A stretch of DNA of 63,615 nucleotides, counting the filler, from an uncultured Chlamydiae bacterium (lineage in GTDB: Bacteria; Chlamydiota; Chlamydiia; Chlamydiales; SM23-39): NCBI GenBank assembly GCA_937899275.1. It is 10 parts of 10 records of this genome, joined end to end, with 100 filler letters (N's around TTAATTAATTAA, not from the genome) between each part and the next. Parts side by side here need not be neighbours in the genome. Positions count along the whole stretch, not along the records: positions 5,322 to 21,226 come from CALBPE010000017.1; positions 21,327 to 25,374 come from CALBPE010000018.1; 8 more parts are not named here. The stretch is one strand, 5' to 3'. Both the position numbers and the translations under genes were made by a program. Shown here piece by piece: positions 11,449 through 21,986 of this stretch (position 1 is its first letter; each line of letters opens with the position of its first letter). The notes under the pieces are model-generated. The model was not told the origin of the DNA. It did no database searches and saw only the letters and a list, made by a program, of their open reading frames with translations.

Positions 11449-12885
11449 TTGTACAATAGAATAAAACGCAATTCCAAATGTCTTATGAAATCTAAGAAAA
11501 TTTCTCTTTTTTTACTTGTCCTTTTAGTTGTTTCTGCAATTGATAGCGTCAGAAACCTTCCTTCTGCTGCGTTATTTGGCTCTTCTTTACCCTTTTTCTT
11601 TTTGCTATCTACCTGCGTATTTTTATTACCTGTAGCTATGGTATCGGCGCAGCTTTCTTCTTGGATTGATGGTAAGGGGGGAGTCTACCACTGGATTACG
11701 GAAGCATTTGGTGATCGGGTAGGTATGCTAGGCATTTGGCTGCAGTGGATCAATACAGTTGTCTGGTATCCTACGATCCTATCATTTATGGCGGGAACTC
11801 TTGCCTACTTAATTGATCCAAGTCTTGCAGAGGATAAGCCTTACTTGATTTGTGTGATCTTAACTGCTTTTTGGCTTTTAACCATACTCAACTTATTTGG
11901 TGTGCAGATGTCGGCAAAAATCAATAGTATTTTTGCTCTAATCGGCACAATGATCCCACTATGTTTTCTGATTATTTTAGGCGGTATATGGCTTTTTTCT
12001 GGCGGAACTTCAGAAATTTCTTTCAGCAGCTATTCAATTTTTCCTCGCTTTAGCTCAATGGATGATTGGGTTTCTCTTACGGTGATTATGGCTTCTTTTC
12101 TGGGAATGGAGCTTGCGGGAGTACATGCTAATGATATTGAAAATCCTCAGATCAATTTCCCTAAAGCGATGGGATATGCTTCTTTTCTTCTAATTTTTAC
12201 CATGCTTTTTGGCGCTTTAACTATTGCGATGGTGGTTCCCATCGATGATATCAGTTTAGTCGCAGGGGTGATGCAGGTATTTGATGATTTTTTTCTTTCC
12301 TTTGGCATGCCGTTTTTAACGCCTATACTCGCTTTATTGATTTTGATAGGAAGCTTTGGCTCGATCATCAACTGGCTGATCTCTCCTGCGCGAGGGCTAT
12401 TTGATGCAGCAGAATGTGGGTTTTTACCCAAAATGTTCACTAAGAAAAATGCTTATGGAGTGCCGCAAAATATGCTGCTTACCCAAGCGGTTTTTGTCAG
12501 TCTTCTTTGTTTAGTATTTTTACTTGTTCCTGGAATTAACGCGTTTTACTGGTTTTTAACAGCCTTGAGTACGGATCTTTATATGCTCATGTATCTACTT
12601 CTTTTCATGAGCTGTCTTTCTTTACAGAAGCGATTTCGAGGGTCCAAGCAGAAGTTTTCGATGCCGGGAAAAGAAACAGGTATTTGGGCTGCTAGCCTGT
12701 TGGGCATTTTTGGCTGTTTTTTAACGATCTTTATCAGCTTTTTTCCACCCGCGAGTATTGAGATGCCTCTATCTTATTACGCGCTTTTGATCTTTTTAGG
12801 AAATGTTCTCCTTTCTTTACCTGTCTTAGGGTTTTATGCGTATAGAACTACCCAAAAAAAGTCTATTCAAGATCGTCATTTGTAA
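11449..12885 (+). CDS. APC-family amino acid permease (GadC/YjeM-like)
   Basis: DSVRNLP, GGVYHWITEAFG, FLGME, NPQINFPKA, GFLPK..KKNAYGVP; about 12 TM segments. Start may be ATG 11485. Confidence 0.9.
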   Translation: MYNRIKRNSKCLMKSKKISLFLLVLLVVSAIDSVRNLPSAALFGSSLPFFFLLSTCVFLLPVAMVSAQLSSWIDGKGGVYHWITEAFGDRVGMLGIWLQWINTVVWYPTILSFMAGTLAYLIDPSLAEDKPYLICVILTAFWLLTILNLFGVQMSAKINSIFALIGTMIPLCFLIILGGIWLFSGGTSEISFSSYSIFPRFSSMDDWVSLTVIMASFLGMELAGVHANDIENPQINFPKAMGYASFLLIFTMLFGALTIAMVVPIDDISLVAGVMQVFDDFFLSFGMPFLTPILALLILIGSFGSIINWLISPARGLFDAAECGFLPKMFTKKNAYGVPQNMLLTQAVFVSLLCLVFLLVPGINAFYWFLTALSTDLYMLMYLLLFMSCLSLQKRFRGSKQKFSMPGKETGIWAASLLGIFGCFLTIFISFFPPASIEMPLSYYALLIFLGNVLLSLPVLGFYAYRTTQKKSIQDRHL

Positions 12886-13275
12886 TAGGCTTTTTCCAGC
12901 CATAAATACCATTTCTTTGCCCTTAAGATCATTTTAAAAGATGCCAAACAAGGTAGGGGCATTTCCAAATGAGAAAACAGAAAGATAGGATAGTATAACA
13001 ATATGGCTGTAAAACGAATACACTGAGAAATTCACGATTGATGAGCCAAGTTTTTTATTGGGGAGTTTTTATAAATTTTGTTATTGTATATTTCGTAATT
13101 AAAATAAGAATTTTGATATATAAAAGATGATTATCCAAAAAGTTTTGTCCATAGTCTTAACTGGAATTGCGAAATGCCTTTGAGGATTTGGGAAAAATCA
13201 GCAAAACGCACAAGTCTTGTTATCTGCAATAAGAAACTTTAGTATTTTATAATATAATTTAGGTAAAGCTAAGCG

Positions 13276-15179
13276 ATGCAATGGACAATTCATGAATTAT
13301 TGGAACGCTTAATTGAGAGGGGAGAGTGTCAAAAAATCGAAGCAAAGGAAGCGAGTAATGCGCTCGGGAAAAGTGCTTTGGAAACTATTAGCGTATTTTC
13401 TAATGAACCTGAACTAAACGGAGGGTATTTGGTTCTTGGTATCAAAAAACAAGAAGATGGAGCATTGGGAACAATGTATGATATTCAAGGCGTAAGTGAT
13501 CCAGATACCTTGCAACAAGAGATAGGGAATGTTTGTAGATACAATTTTAATCGCAGAATTATTCCGGAAGTTTCTGTACATTCGGTAGCGGGAAAATTAT
13601 TAGTAGTCGCATTTATTCCTGAAAGCTTTTGTAGGTACAAGCCTGTGTATATTAAAAGTAAAGGTGAGGAAAAAGGTACTTTTCGTAGGTTGGGATCAAG
13701 CGATGTTCGCTGCACCGAAGAAGATCTGGATATGCTTTATCAACTCCGCCGGCAGAGAAGTTATGAGTCAGAGATCTTACCAAATGTCACTTGGCAAGAT
13801 ATTTCTCAAGAATCAATTATTGTATTCCGGCGTATTCGTGCTCAGGTTGACCCTGATGCCTCTGATTTAGCTCTTAATGATCCTGACTTATTGATTTCGC
13901 TGAAAATGGCAATTAAGCAAAAAGGGTTCGTGATTCCAACAATCGGAGGGTTGCTGTTTTTTGGCAGTAAGGCAGCGTTAAGGCGAGAACTTCCGATGGC
14001 CTCGTGAGTGGACTATATCGTTGTTGACGGCGCCAATTGGGTTGGAGATCCCTCTACAAGATACCATTACGCAGTGGAATATCGAGAAGGTCTGGTCACT
14101 ATGATGTCCCGTCTTCATGCTCAAATAATGGGAGATATTCCAGGTAAATTTGCATTGACCTCAGGTGAGCTAGAGCGTAAAGATACGCCTGTTATTCCTC
14201 GAGATGTGATTCGGAGGCTCTAGCAAACGCTCTTATACACAGGGACTATCGGTCAAGTCAACCAACGCAGATTATTCGATACTCGAATCGTTTTGAATTC
14301 AGAAATGCTGGTTATTCTTTAAAACCGATGGAGGATTTAAAAGCACCGGGATCCAAACCAAGAAACCCGATTGTTGCAGCGGTATTCCATGGCCTCAATC
14401 GCGCGGAAACAAAAGGTACAGGAATTGCAACGATGTTAGAAGATATGCGCGTTGCCGGGTTGTCTACTCCTCCTATTTTCGAATCTGACCGAGATAAAAA
14501 TGTATTTGATTTGATTTTACTGTCACATCATTTACTGGATCGCAATACTCTTAAATGGCTATCTCAGTTTAGGGGAGTAGAGCTTTCTGATGCACAGCGT
14601 CGGGCACTCGCATTTGTGCGTAAAATTGGAGCGATCACCAATCAAGGCTATCGTCAGCTTAACGGGACGGATACATTAATTGCTAGCGCAGGGTTGAGGG
14701 GGCTTAGGGATGCCAATCTTTTGATCCAACAAGGCAAAGGAAGTAGCACGTATTATCAATTAAGCTCTCAAGCTTGCGAAATATCGGATAATCAGATCCC
14801 ATCACACAAAAGTACCGGATCAGAGGAAAGAGCCCCCCTGACTAAGACCTTAACAGAGGGGAAACTCTATCCTATTAACGATGCATTAGAGAGGATTCTT
14901 CAAAAACTTTCACCGTTGCATAAAGACTTTGTAGAGCGTATTGCCTCATTAAGGCAACGTATAAACCATACTGAAATGAAACAATTGATTAAAGATTTAT
15001 GCTCTTATGGACCGCTACAGTTGGAAGAGCTTGCTTGTATTTTAGACCGCGATCCTAAACATTTAAGAGATTATTATCTTATAAAAATGATTAGAAATAA
15101 TGAGCTAGTTTACCAATATCCTAGTCAACCTGCGCATCCAAAACAGGCATATCTTTTAGTTAATCAAGATCGAGAATGA
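13276..15179 (+). pseudogene. Schlafen/AlbA_2 + RecG-C-terminal-type ATP-binding + winged-helix protein; disrupted by TGA at 14005-14007 and a 1-nt deletion near 14213
   Basis: GECQKIEAKEAS, ETISVFSN..GGYLVLGI; restoring one G gives IREALANALIHRDY; RNPIVAAVF..AETKGTGI; C-terminal HPKQAY. Confidence 0.8.
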
Positions 15180-15204
15180 AGGTAGCGCCTAAATCCAGTA
15201 TTGT

Positions 15205-15439
15205 CTTTGTCATATTCGTAGCTTTTTCATAACGAGCATCTAAATAAACATGCCGCATTTTTTCAAGAGGGTAGCTACTAAACTTCCTTATCTAGTAACT
15301 TACTGATTCTAGATACCTGTTATTCTTGAATGCATTAGCATAACCTTTCGAGAGCAGGGCAAAGGTTTTCTATGCCTTGACTACTTAGCTCTACTAGAGC
15401 TTCTTCAATGAGTGATGCATAATTTTGGTTTGAGGTCAT
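15205..15439 (-). mobile_element. IS256-family transposase remnant (internally deleted)
   Basis: RBS plus ATG at 15439 (MTSNQNYASLIEEALVELSSQGIE); fragments QVSRISKLLDKEV and YPLEKMRHVYLDARYEK in shifted frames match the IS256 motifs QVSR..K.LD.E and YLDARYEK. Confidence 0.7.
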
Positions 15440-15814
15440 ATTTTCTCCTTAGTTGTTTGGAAAGTTAAGAGAATCCGATCTCAAACCTTTTTTCTCAATA
15501 ACTGAGAATTTCTCAGCATATCGAATTTTGTTACGCTACCGCCGATAAACGGCTGTATTGCCATCATAACCTCTGCTGCTTTATTTATTATGATATAATG
15601 AGACCTAGTTTGAATAAAAATAGATTGCTCAAAGCGCATTTTTATGCAGAATGAGCAAATTCTCGCGCTCGATATGTAGCTGTTATTATGACCAGAATAC
15701 TTTTGTTCTCAAAGATGGCTTAATGTGAATAGCTGGAGATCCCCATAGCCGCCCAACAACTCTTGATATGAATCTCTTTTTAAACTTTTTACTATTATTG
15801 AAAATGTCGCAAAG

Positions 15815-16697
15815 CTATCGTATCCATGAAAAAAATCTCTTCACACCTAAGATAGCCCCTTGCGCAAAGTACCTGCAAAAAGATGTGATTACTCCCAAAG
15901 GGGAAAGCAGGAAAGCTGCAACCCACAATGTTGTTGTGCCTGGGCGTAAGTGCCGTATACTAAAATAATTACCTGTTACGCTCAATATACCACAGGCTTT
16001 TATACAAGTAATGGTATGGGAGCAATCTATACTGCGTAAAATAGTGCGATGCGCTTCACGAAGGTCAGCAGAAAAATAGGTGTCTATTTTGACTAAAAGC
16101 TGCATTTTTATCTGGAATGGAAGTGTTTGTAAGACTTCGGGTTTTCGGATCTGCTTAAAAAAAAGAGGATCTCCCGATTTGTATAGCTGGATGATTGGAT
16201 GATGCCGTTATCTTTTCCGACCTAGAGTCAGCAACTGGCCTAGGACCTGAAAGCCTCGGTCTCGAGGATTGTTCACTAACATACGCGTTTGGTTCTGCAT
16301 TTAGAACAACATAGAGATCCTCTTGTTCAGGAGGAGGGGTAGGTATATCGCTTAGTTCGTCCCCACTATCGTCTTTCTCTTCTGCGATAGACGGCTCGCG
16401 CGGTAAGGAGGGAATATAGGGTTCAGGAGGAGGAGCGAGTATATCGCTTAGTTCGTCCCCACTATTGTCTTCCTCTTCTACTCTATACGGATCGCCCGGT
16501 AAGGAGGGAACACAGTAGTCATGACGAGAGCCGCTATGAGGTTTTCCTTTATGTGAGGTATGAGTATTTTGTGACTGGATAGAGCCTTGAGTAATGGCAG
16601 AGCTTGCAATAGAACCAGAATCTTCTGGAGAACCAGTAGGGCTCGGTGTTACGTGAAAAGGGTCTAAGTTCCGATAATTGTGTACTGAGCTAACCAT
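15815..16697 (-). CDS. Low-complexity repeat-containing hypothetical protein; ORFs 16155..16697 and 15815..16105 probably one frameshifted gene
   Basis: The frame of the downstream ORF is open back to about 16205 (PIIQLYKSGDPLFFKQIRKPEVLQTLPFQIKMQLL) and overlaps the end of the upstream ORF. Confidence 0.5.
16325..16516. repeat. Two tandem 96-bp (32-aa) coding repeats
   Basis: gttcaggaggagg..gtatatcgcttagttcgtccccactat..cggtaaggagggaa starts at 16325 and at 16421. Confidence 0.9.
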
Positions 16698-16741
16698 AAT
16701 GCCAATAAGTGTAATAGGGCAAAAGGGTTTTTATCCAGTAC

Positions 16742-17791
16742 TTAAAATGCCAGGGTTGCCTTAGCTGTTAGTCCTTGGAAGGCTAACGCATTTCTGTAGT
16801 ATTGAATAGGAGCATCTCCTCCTGGCTTTAGTCTTTGCATGTAGAGGTGATTAGGCCAGATTTCAGCTTCGTAGTTTGCGCTAATGGAAAGGTAGCGGTC
16901 GTTACATACAGACTCATAGGTAAAACTTGTCCCAAAGCTGAGTTCAAGAACTTGTTGTATATGTAGCTCACGAATAGCGTTACTTCTCACTGTTCCAGTG
17001 TTTTGTGCAGAGCTTGTTGCGATTTGATAGGCGTTTTCTGTTCGAAATGTTGTTCTAGATAAAAGAGCGGAAAATGCTGTTTTCCCAGAAAATTTCCACA
17101 TTTTATTGACCACAAAATCAGATAAAAATCCCGTTCTTAGGCCAACGCCGCGGTATTGACTTGTGAGGCGGGCTGTGTTTTTTAGTAGCGCGTTTGTCGC
17201 CGGCTCAAATGCTCTATATGAAGGGTAAAGGTGGTTTTTGATGAGCGCTGCTTTTAAAGACACAAACGGTATGTAGATGAATTTTTTCCCGTACATTGTG
17301 TGCAAAAGATTGATGTCTACAGTATTGAAGTTGATGTTTTGCTCTACATCTACGGTAGGAGATAGGCTGCTTTCCTGAATCACGCCAAGTGTATCCCAAA
17401 TACCTTGAAAAAATCTTCCTTGTTTTGGAGAGAAAAAAGTGCCATCTTTTGCAACAAAACGGGTGTATTGCAAAGAGGTTTTCCATGAGTCTACAGGAAG
17501 ATTTAGATCAATTCCTACCCGAAAACCTGGATGGAATGCCAACTGCATTTCTTTGGTTTTCTCGTTGCTATAGATCGTAGAGTTTGTTTCTGGCAGCGTG
17601 GTTTTTTCATATGTACACGCATAAGGAACGTTTGCATAAGGCTTCCACCATAAAAAATCCCATGTGATCGATCCATTTTCTGACTCAGGAAATGCATAAG
17701 GCGTATCGGCAAACTCTTCCGGGGAGAAGTCGGCTTCACTAGAGGCGCTAAGAGATGTGATCAAACAGATAAAAAAAACAAACGGTTTCAT
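16742..17791 (-). CDS. Lpg1974/Legionella-MOMP-like outer membrane beta-barrel protein
   Basis: Signal peptide, DFLWWKP, FHPGFRVG..DSWK...YTRF, C-terminal GLTAKATLAF ending in Phe. Confidence 0.8.
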   Translation of the reverse strand: MKPFVFFICLITSLSASSEADFSPEEFADTPYAFPESENGSITWDFLWWKPYANVPYACTYEKTTLPETNSTIYSNEKTKEMQLAFHPGFRVGIDLNLPVDSWKTSLQYTRFVAKDGTFFSPKQGRFFQGIWDTLGVIQESSLSPTVDVEQNINFNTVDINLLHTMYGKKFIYIPFVSLKAALIKNHLYPSYRAFEPATNALLKNTARLTSQYRGVGLRTGFLSDFVVNKMWKFSGKTAFSALLSRTTFRTENAYQIATSSAQNTGTVRSNAIRELHIQQVLELSFGTSFTYESVCNDRYLSISANYEAEIWPNHLYMQRLKPGGDAPIQYYRNALAFQGLTAKATLAF

Positions 17792-17901
17792 GGGTTTTCC
17801 TAAAGTATTTTTCTATCTTGTGGTAGAATTTACGGTTTTGTCAAGATTCTTTTTCGTTTTAAAGATTGCGAAGAAATCATTTTTTTTTCAAGTTGAGCAG
17901 T

Positions 17902-18792
17902 ATGGAAGATAGGCACTTAAGAGGGTATATTTATGCGATTTTAGCATCTTTGAGTACAGCGTTTATGGCGGTTTTAATTAAGTTTACCTCTTCTACTCCT
18001 GTGCAAACATTGGTGTTTTTTCGTAGTTTTGTTTGTTTTCTTTTTGTGAGTCCTACGCTGCTGCAGGGAAGAGCTGTATTGCATACAAAGAGACACGCTC
18101 TACATTTTACCCGGGCTATTTTTGGGATGATGAGCATTTATGCTTATTTTTTCTCGTTGCGTTATCTTGAGCTTACCGAAGCGATTGTTCTTTCTAATAC
18201 GGTGCCTTTATTTATCCCTTTGGTTGCTTGGGTGTGGCTTAGATCTCCGGTGACTAAAAAACGGGTTTATGGGATTTTGCTCGGGTTTTTAGGTGTTGCC
18301 TTCGTTTTGCAGCCAGGCTATGGGATATTTCATGAGCCTGCAAGTGTGATTGGTCTTCTAGGAGCGCTTGCAAAATCTATTTCTTTTGTAAGTATTCGTC
18401 AGCTTACAAGAACAGAAAAAGCCCATAAAATCCTTTTATACTACTTTAGCTATGTGACGCTATTTTCTTTTATCCCCATGGCGCTTTTAGGCTTTATTCC
18501 TATTTCTTCTGTAAGCTGGATGTCGATTATTCTTATTGGATTTTGCGGCGTCATTTACCAGTGGCTTGTAACGAAGTCGTATAGCTATATGGCAGCTGCT
18601 AAGGTAGGGGCTTTGCTCTATACAACGGTATTATTTGGCGCGTTTTTTGACTGGATTATTTTTGGAAGAAAACTCACCCTACTCGAAATAGTCGGAGGTA
18701 TATGCATTATTTTGGGGGGCGTTATTGCTCTTATTGATCAGAAAAAGCCGTTGAAGCTGGGGAAGAAGCCTCCTGCTCATCCTTTTTCTTGA
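17902..18792 (+). CDS. DMT/EamA family transporter
   Basis: Two EamA repeats (LVFFRS, EAIVLSNTVPLFI..VAWVWL, GILLGFLGV..VLQP); ATG at 17902. Confidence 0.9.
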   Translation: MEDRHLRGYIYAILASLSTAFMAVLIKFTSSTPVQTLVFFRSFVCFLFVSPTLLQGRAVLHTKRHALHFTRAIFGMMSIYAYFFSLRYLELTEAIVLSNTVPLFIPLVAWVWLRSPVTKKRVYGILLGFLGVAFVLQPGYGIFHEPASVIGLLGALAKSISFVSIRQLTRTEKAHKILLYYFSYVTLFSFIPMALLGFIPISSVSWMSIILIGFCGVIYQWLVTKSYSYMAAAKVGALLYTTVLFGAFFDWIIFGRKLTLLEIVGGICIILGGVIALIDQKKPLKLGKKPPAHPFS

Positions 18793-19774
18793 GTTGTGTT
18801 ACAAAGAGCTTTTCCAATGAAACGGTGAGTTCATCTAAACCCTCTTTTTTCTTTGCAGATCCTGTAAGAAACGGCACATCGGGATACTTTTCTGTAAACA
18901 GGGGAATGATTTGCTCTTGTCCTGGTAGGTCGGTTTTATTCAGAAGAACAAGAGAGGGTTTTTTGAGTAGATCTTTATTGTAGCTTGCAAGCTCATGCTT
19001 TAAGGTAGCAAAATCTTCTAGTAGGCTAGTAGAAAAGATATCAACGACAAACACTAGAATACGGGTTCTTTCAATATGGCGGAGAAAATCTTAGCCAAGG
19101 CCTTTATTTTGATGAGCATTTTTAATAATACCTGGAATATCTGCGATGAACGCTTTTTCTCCACTTGGGAAGGTAATTTGGCCTAAATTGGGTTTAAGTG
19201 TGGTAAAAGGATATGCCCCAATTTTTGCAGGAGAGGGCGTTAAAGCGCTGATCAAAGTGGATTTACCCGCATTTGGTAGGCCAACAAGGCCAATATCTGC
19301 AATCAACTTTAATTCAAAAACCACTTCTCTTTCTTCTCCCATTGTGCCCAGGGTAAATTCTTGTGGAGTGCGGTTGGTGGGAGATTTGAAGTGGCTATTG
19401 CCTTTACCTCCCTTACCTCCTTTACAGATAATGTAGCTGTCTTCTGCAGAGGTAAAATCGAATAAAATCTTTCCAGATGCGGCATCTCTTACAAGTGTGC
19501 CTAAAGGCAGTTCTAATATGCAGTTGGGGCCATTTTTCCCCGTGCGGTGATTAGAGCCTCCAGACGCGCCGTTTTTTGCTTTGATGAATTTGGTATTACG
19601 AAATGATTCTAAAGAAAAAGGGTGGGAACTTGCTTTTAGAATAATGGAGCCGCCGTGACCTCCGTCGCCTCCGTAGGGGCCGCCTTTGGCAATGAACTTT
19701 TCCCTTCGAAAGGCGGCTACACCGTCTCCACCTTTTCCTGCGGATAAAAGAAGATGGACGCGGTCAATAAACAT
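18731..19774 (-). CDS. obgE: GTPase Obg/CgtA; in-frame TAA at 19091-19093
   Basis: GKGGDG, GGPYGGDGG, GLPNAGKST, YPFTT, DIPG, then GLG*DFLRHIERT and NKTD in the same frame. Confidence 0.95.
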
Positions 19775-19784
19775 GGATTATCCC

Positions 19785-20045
19785 TTAAGCTGCTGGAGCA
19801 GCGGGAACAATCGACACAACGGTTTTTGTACTTTTTTTGAATTGTACTTTTCCCTCTATAAGGGCAAATAAGGTGAAGTCTTTACCCACACCTACGTTTT
19901 TGCCAGGGTGCCACTTTGTGCCTGTTTGTCGGATTAAAATACTACCTGCAGAAACTAAAGTGCCATCTGCAGCTTTTACACCATGCCGTTTTGCATGAGA
20001 ATCTTTCTTATTTTTTACGGACCCTTGTCCCTTCTTATGAGCCAT
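19785..20045 (-). CDS. rpmA: 50S ribosomal protein L27
   Basis: MAHKKGQGS start; [17 protein letters not shown]. Confidence 0.98.
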   Translation of the reverse strand: MAHKKGQGSVKNKKDSHAKRHGVKAADGTLVSAGSILIRQTGTKWHPGKNVGVGKDFTLFALIEGKVQFKKSTKTVVSIVPAAPAA

Positions 20046-20058
20046 AGCTGTTCCTTAC

Positions 20059-20370
20059 TTATGCGGCGAGTATTTCTACAATTTTTACTTCATGATACGT
20101 TTGACGGTGACCTTTGGTGCTCTTCGAATCTTTTCTTCTGCGGTACTTGAAAGCAATGGTTTTAGGGCCTTTTACTTCGCCTAAAATTTCTCCTACTACT
20201 TGTACTTTTCCCACATGGGGCAAGCCTACTTGGTAAGAGGTTCCGTCAAAAAAAGCAAGAACTTCAGAAAAGGTAAATTCTCCTTCCGACTGATCCGTTT
20301 TTTCAATAGCAATAACGTCACCTTTTTTCACTTTATATTGTTTCGAGCCAGCTCGAATGATTGCGTACAT
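20059..20370 (-). CDS. rplU: 50S ribosomal protein L21
   Basis: MYAII..GSKQYKV; GHRQ; rplU-rpmA-obg order. Confidence 0.98.
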   Translation of the reverse strand: MYAIIRAGSKQYKVKKGDVIAIEKTDQSEGEFTFSEVLAFFDGTSYQVGLPHVGKVQVVGEILGEVKGPKTIAFKYRRRKDSKSTKGHRQTYHEVKIVEILAA

Positions 20371-20440
20371 AATAACTCCTGAAAATAGAAAAAAAGGTAT
20401 TTGGTACTATGATAAAGAAGACCTTATCAATAGTCAATGG

Positions 20441-21226
20441 TTAGTTTTGTAAAGCGGGTTTTTGAACCCATGCAGAAATAAGGTAGGATATAGCGGCGAT
20501 AACAGCGATGCTAGCTCCTATGGGTAAATTGCAGAAATGCGCCATGGTGATGCCGCCTATGCTGCAGAGAAAAGCAACTAGGCTAGATAGCGCCATGAGA
20601 CGGTGAAGCCTTTTGGTGAAAAGGCTTGCGATCATTGCAGGTAGACTCAAGAGGGTGATGACAAGAACGATGCCCATCATTTGGATTAAAAGGACAATGG
20701 ATAAACTGATGAGTACTAAAAGAAAAATATACCAAAAATCGATATTGACCCCTTTGAGCTTTGCTTGATTTTCATCAAAACAAATGAGAAGAAAGCGGCT
20801 ATAAAAAGCAGATATAAAAAGAAATAAAGCGCTATCTAATAAGAGCAAAAGCAGCAAATCTTCTGTCGTTGTCCAAAGAAGATTGCCAAATAAAAAATTG
20901 AGCATTTCTGTGTTGTACCCTGGCGTAAACGAAAGAAAAATCACGCCTACAGCCATCCCTGTAGACCATACGCTTGCAATAAGAGCGTCGCTTCTTTCAG
21001 AAAAACGCAGAGATAGCCATCCGATGAGTACCGCCGAAAAAATCGCCCCAAGAATAGCGCCTAATAAGGGAGTTGCCCATGAAAAGGCATATACCCTCTC
21101 TAAAAAAAGGAACATGCCCATAAATCCCAAAACAGAATGAGCAATACTTCCGCTGATGAAAACAATCCTTCTTGTCACAACATAAGAGCCGACCATGCCG
21201 CTTGCAAAAGACGCAAGAACAGATGC
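20441..21226 (-). CDS. Zn/Mn ABC transporter permease (ZnuB-like); 5' truncated
   Basis: GSYVV.RR..FISGSIAHS, FLFGNLL, FDENQAKLKGV. Confidence 0.9.
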   Translation of the reverse strand, partial: ASVLASFASGMVGSYVVTRRIVFISGSIAHSVLGFMGMFLFLERVYAFSWATPLLGAILGAIFSAVLIGWLSLRFSERSDALIASVWSTGMAVGVIFLSFTPGYNTEMLNFLFGNLLWTTTEDLLLLLLLDSALFLFISAFYSRFLLICFDENQAKLKGVNIDFWYIFLLVLISLSIVLLIQMMGIVLVITLLSLPAMIASLFTKRLHRLMALSSLVAFLCSIGGITMAHFCNLPIGASIAVIAAISYLISAWVQKPALQN

Positions 21227-21326
21227 NNNNNNNNNNNNNNNNNNNNNNNNNNNNNNNNNNNNNNNNNNNNTTAATTAATTAANNNNNNNNNNNNNNNNNN
21301 NNNNNNNNNNNNNNNNNNNNNNNNNN
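21227..21326. other. Artificial contig linker
   Basis: N-run, TTAATTAATTAA, N-run. Confidence 0.99.
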
Positions 21327-21327
21327 A

Positions 21328-21774
21328 AAAGGATTATTAAAAAACCAGGGACTGACTATTGAAGATCCTTTTGCTTCGGGCTCTCAAGTTGCTTCGGGCT
21401 CTCAAGAACCACTGATTCATGATGTTAGGAACATATTCCGCTCTGCTCTAATTCTGAAAGATCCATCCGTGCGCCGTCTAATACTTGATCTTCTGTTTAC
21501 CGGGACAAATCTGTGTTTTGATCCATATGCAGTACTATTTGCACATTTAGTATTTGCAGAAGCCAATAAAGATCCGGCAACATGGAACCTTTTTACGAAA
21601 TATAAGGAAAGATTCAGAGAAACCGCTTGTGATCTACACAATACTAGTGCAAGACAGCACTTAGGCCTCCCTGAGAACGCTAATAACCAACCTGGTAATA
21701 CTACATTTCCTGAATCGAAGGAAAAGCGCGGAATTGAAGAGAGAGACGACTCTAAAGATGATGAAAAATCTTAG
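21328..21774 (+). CDS. 3' part of a hypothetical protein; paralog of 22268..23275
   Basis: Frame is open from the contig start; VRNIFRSALILKDPSVRRLILDLLFTGTNLCFDPYAV aligns with the downstream gene; contains an in-frame 18-bp tandem duplication at 21371-21406. Confidence 0.7.
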   Translation, partial: KGLLKNQGLTIEDPFASGSQVASGSQEPLIHDVRNIFRSALILKDPSVRRLILDLLFTGTNLCFDPYAVLFAHLVFAEANKDPATWNLFTKYKERFRETACDLHNTSARQHLGLPENANNQPGNTTFPESKEKRGIEERDDSKDDEKS

Positions 21775-21986
21775 GAGCCTAACGTTATAGGCGGTAAATG
21801 GTATCCCAAGTGAGATTAGGGCCGTCTTTTTTACTATCTATGAACTCGCTTTTTAGAGTATTCTCGACCCTGTTACTATCCGATCGGAGTCTTTGCAGCA
21901 GTATATCCTCTTCATGCAAAAATTCTTTTTAACGAGTGGTTGAATAGAAACAGTCAATAAAATAAAAATTTAACAGGTTGTAATAA

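Noticed and set aside
12958..13178. Possible MITE bounded by GGCATTTC...GAAATGCC
   Set aside because: Only an 8-bp perfect match, no target-site duplication and no second copy in the window.
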